Source of the DNA: Harriotta raleighana
Taxonomy: Eukaryota
Direction: 5' to 3'
DNA length: 64,000 nt
Assembly: GCA_050575255.1 (NCBI GenBank)
Contig: JBNZDD010013607.1
Location: 2,077,571-2,141,570, forward strand
In this document: positions 62,652-64,000 of the stretch, in pieces
How positions within the stretch are numbered: the stretch's first letter is position 1
How the letters are laid out: every line of letters starts with the position of its first letter
Notes under the pieces: model-generated
Seen by the model: only the letters and a program-made list of their open reading frames with translations
Databases searched by the model: none
What the model was told of the DNA's origin: nothing
Made by a program: the position numbers and the translations under genes

Positions 62652-64000
62652 CTTAAACAAGACAAAAGAAAAACAGAAGTTATTCACAGGCTTGTTTCCT
62701 GTCTATGGAGAACTGTCACTCGTTGCTTTCATATCCGCAACTCTAGAATCAATAGGGAACAATCCAAAAGATCACCTAGTACACAGTAATAATTTCAGGC
62801 AAGATTTGACACTCGATCCATCTAACCTCACCCAATTTCTTAAACAATTCAATTTTCCAGTGTGATATACTGTATTATTCTTTTCTATTTTCGAATTAAA
62901 AAGTGAAAAGGCTGTGAAATAGAAATGTCAATATTGCTCTGCACTGTGGTGGTGGGGGGAGCATCTTCTTTTAGCAATGTTTGAACTATGTATTGTATGG
63001 GCTGATGCCTGTACTACTGATGCGTGAGGCAGACATAATAGTGACAGATGTGCTTGACTGCCTTTGTAGCAATTGAATGGCAACAATATGTTTTAATGTT
63101 CAGAAAAAAAATACTTGTTTCCACACTAACTATCATTATTAAAGGGTTGATTATTTGAACATTGCTAATCACCTCTCTTGCCATATGAAAGAAACACATA
63201 TGAAAGGGTCCAGGCAGGAACTTTTAATCTTTTGGGGCATTTTAGATGTGCTTTGAGCGTTCTTCCGTTACACTAGAACACGCATGAACCAAAGAGCTTT
63301 GAAACTATCTCCCAAAGGTGTCTTTGCATTCTTCTAGATGTGAGCAAAGTTTCCGAAACTGCCTGTGTAGAAGCAATTCAAACTCTTGAGTATTAACAGA
63401 CTATAAAGGTCAGTGAAAGTCTTTCGACTAAAGCCAACTTTGGACATGCAGTTTTTAGAGGTTTTAGTTACAGCAGCAGATTTTCACAGCACGTCAGATG
63501 CTACAAATGAACCGTTTGATGTTCCTCCCTACCCCGTAAAGGATTTCCAACGCTTCAACACACCTTCAGTCACGCAAGGCCCCAATACCACAGCAGTTAA
63601 TGTGACAACTGTAGCAATTATACTTTTTTATTTTTGAAGGGTCGATATTTTAAAGAAAGTGTTGAAATGTTTTGATCCAATCACTGAAACACTCCGCGCA
63701 ATATTTTACAGGCGATCAACGTGTTTGAAGCCCGCAAAATAAAGCAAGGTGCAATGTCAAATTTAGGGTCATTAACAACTAAACCTTTACTTACTGAAAT
63801 ACAAACATTTCAACTCTTCAGATGCAATGGATGGTCTGATATCTGACAGCAGGTATGCAATTATAGAACCAGGTCTCAAAGTCATTCCATTGAACAATTA
63901 AATAAGATATTTTTAAGATTCTTCTGCCACCCAGTAGTTTTTGTGGCTAAACACATTGAAATTTGCTGCCATACTAGTGAGAGGTTACAATGATGCTTTA

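Noticed and set aside
62652-64000. Search for ADAMTS16 exon 5 (furin site and NVETLVV) and ORF 63413..63637
   Set aside because: No matching peptide found on the minus strand; the ORF has no recognisable features.
1-64000. A nested gene, prokaryotic system or intact autonomous transposon
   Set aside because: All recognisable coding signal is explained by ADAMTS16 exons or dead L2/CR1 fragments; the remaining ORFs are short and featureless.

Overview
Eukaryotic vertebrate genomic DNA; the repeat content points to a cartilaginous fish, most likely the elephant shark Callorhinchus milii (inference). The whole window lies inside one minus-strand gene, ADAMTS16 (secreted zinc metalloprotease with thrombospondin repeats). 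I traced 16 consecutive coding exons (62651 down to 2616, equivalent to human exons 6-21). They splice into an uninterrupted 2451-nt / 817-codon frame: catalytic domain (HESGHNFGMIHD zinc motif, Met-turn), disintegrin-like domain, TSR1, Cys-rich, spacer and four further TSRs. The first five and last two exons lie outside the window. One internal intron is GC-AG, the rest are GT-AG. Introns contain tRNA-headed SINEs with L2-type tails, L2 and CR1 LINE fragments, older DeuSINE-like copies, an unclassified old repeat family, Penelope-type hammerhead-like remnants, several repeat-free blocks that look like conserved non-coding elements, an 854-N gap and six short duplications around single Ns (probable assembly artefacts). 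I found no convincing evidence of a new biological system. The best leads are the GC donor with a SINE-supplied in-frame alternative, a spacer-less inverted SINE hairpin, SINE insertions into L2 (one in the YADD motif), hammerhead-like remnants and candidate enhancers.
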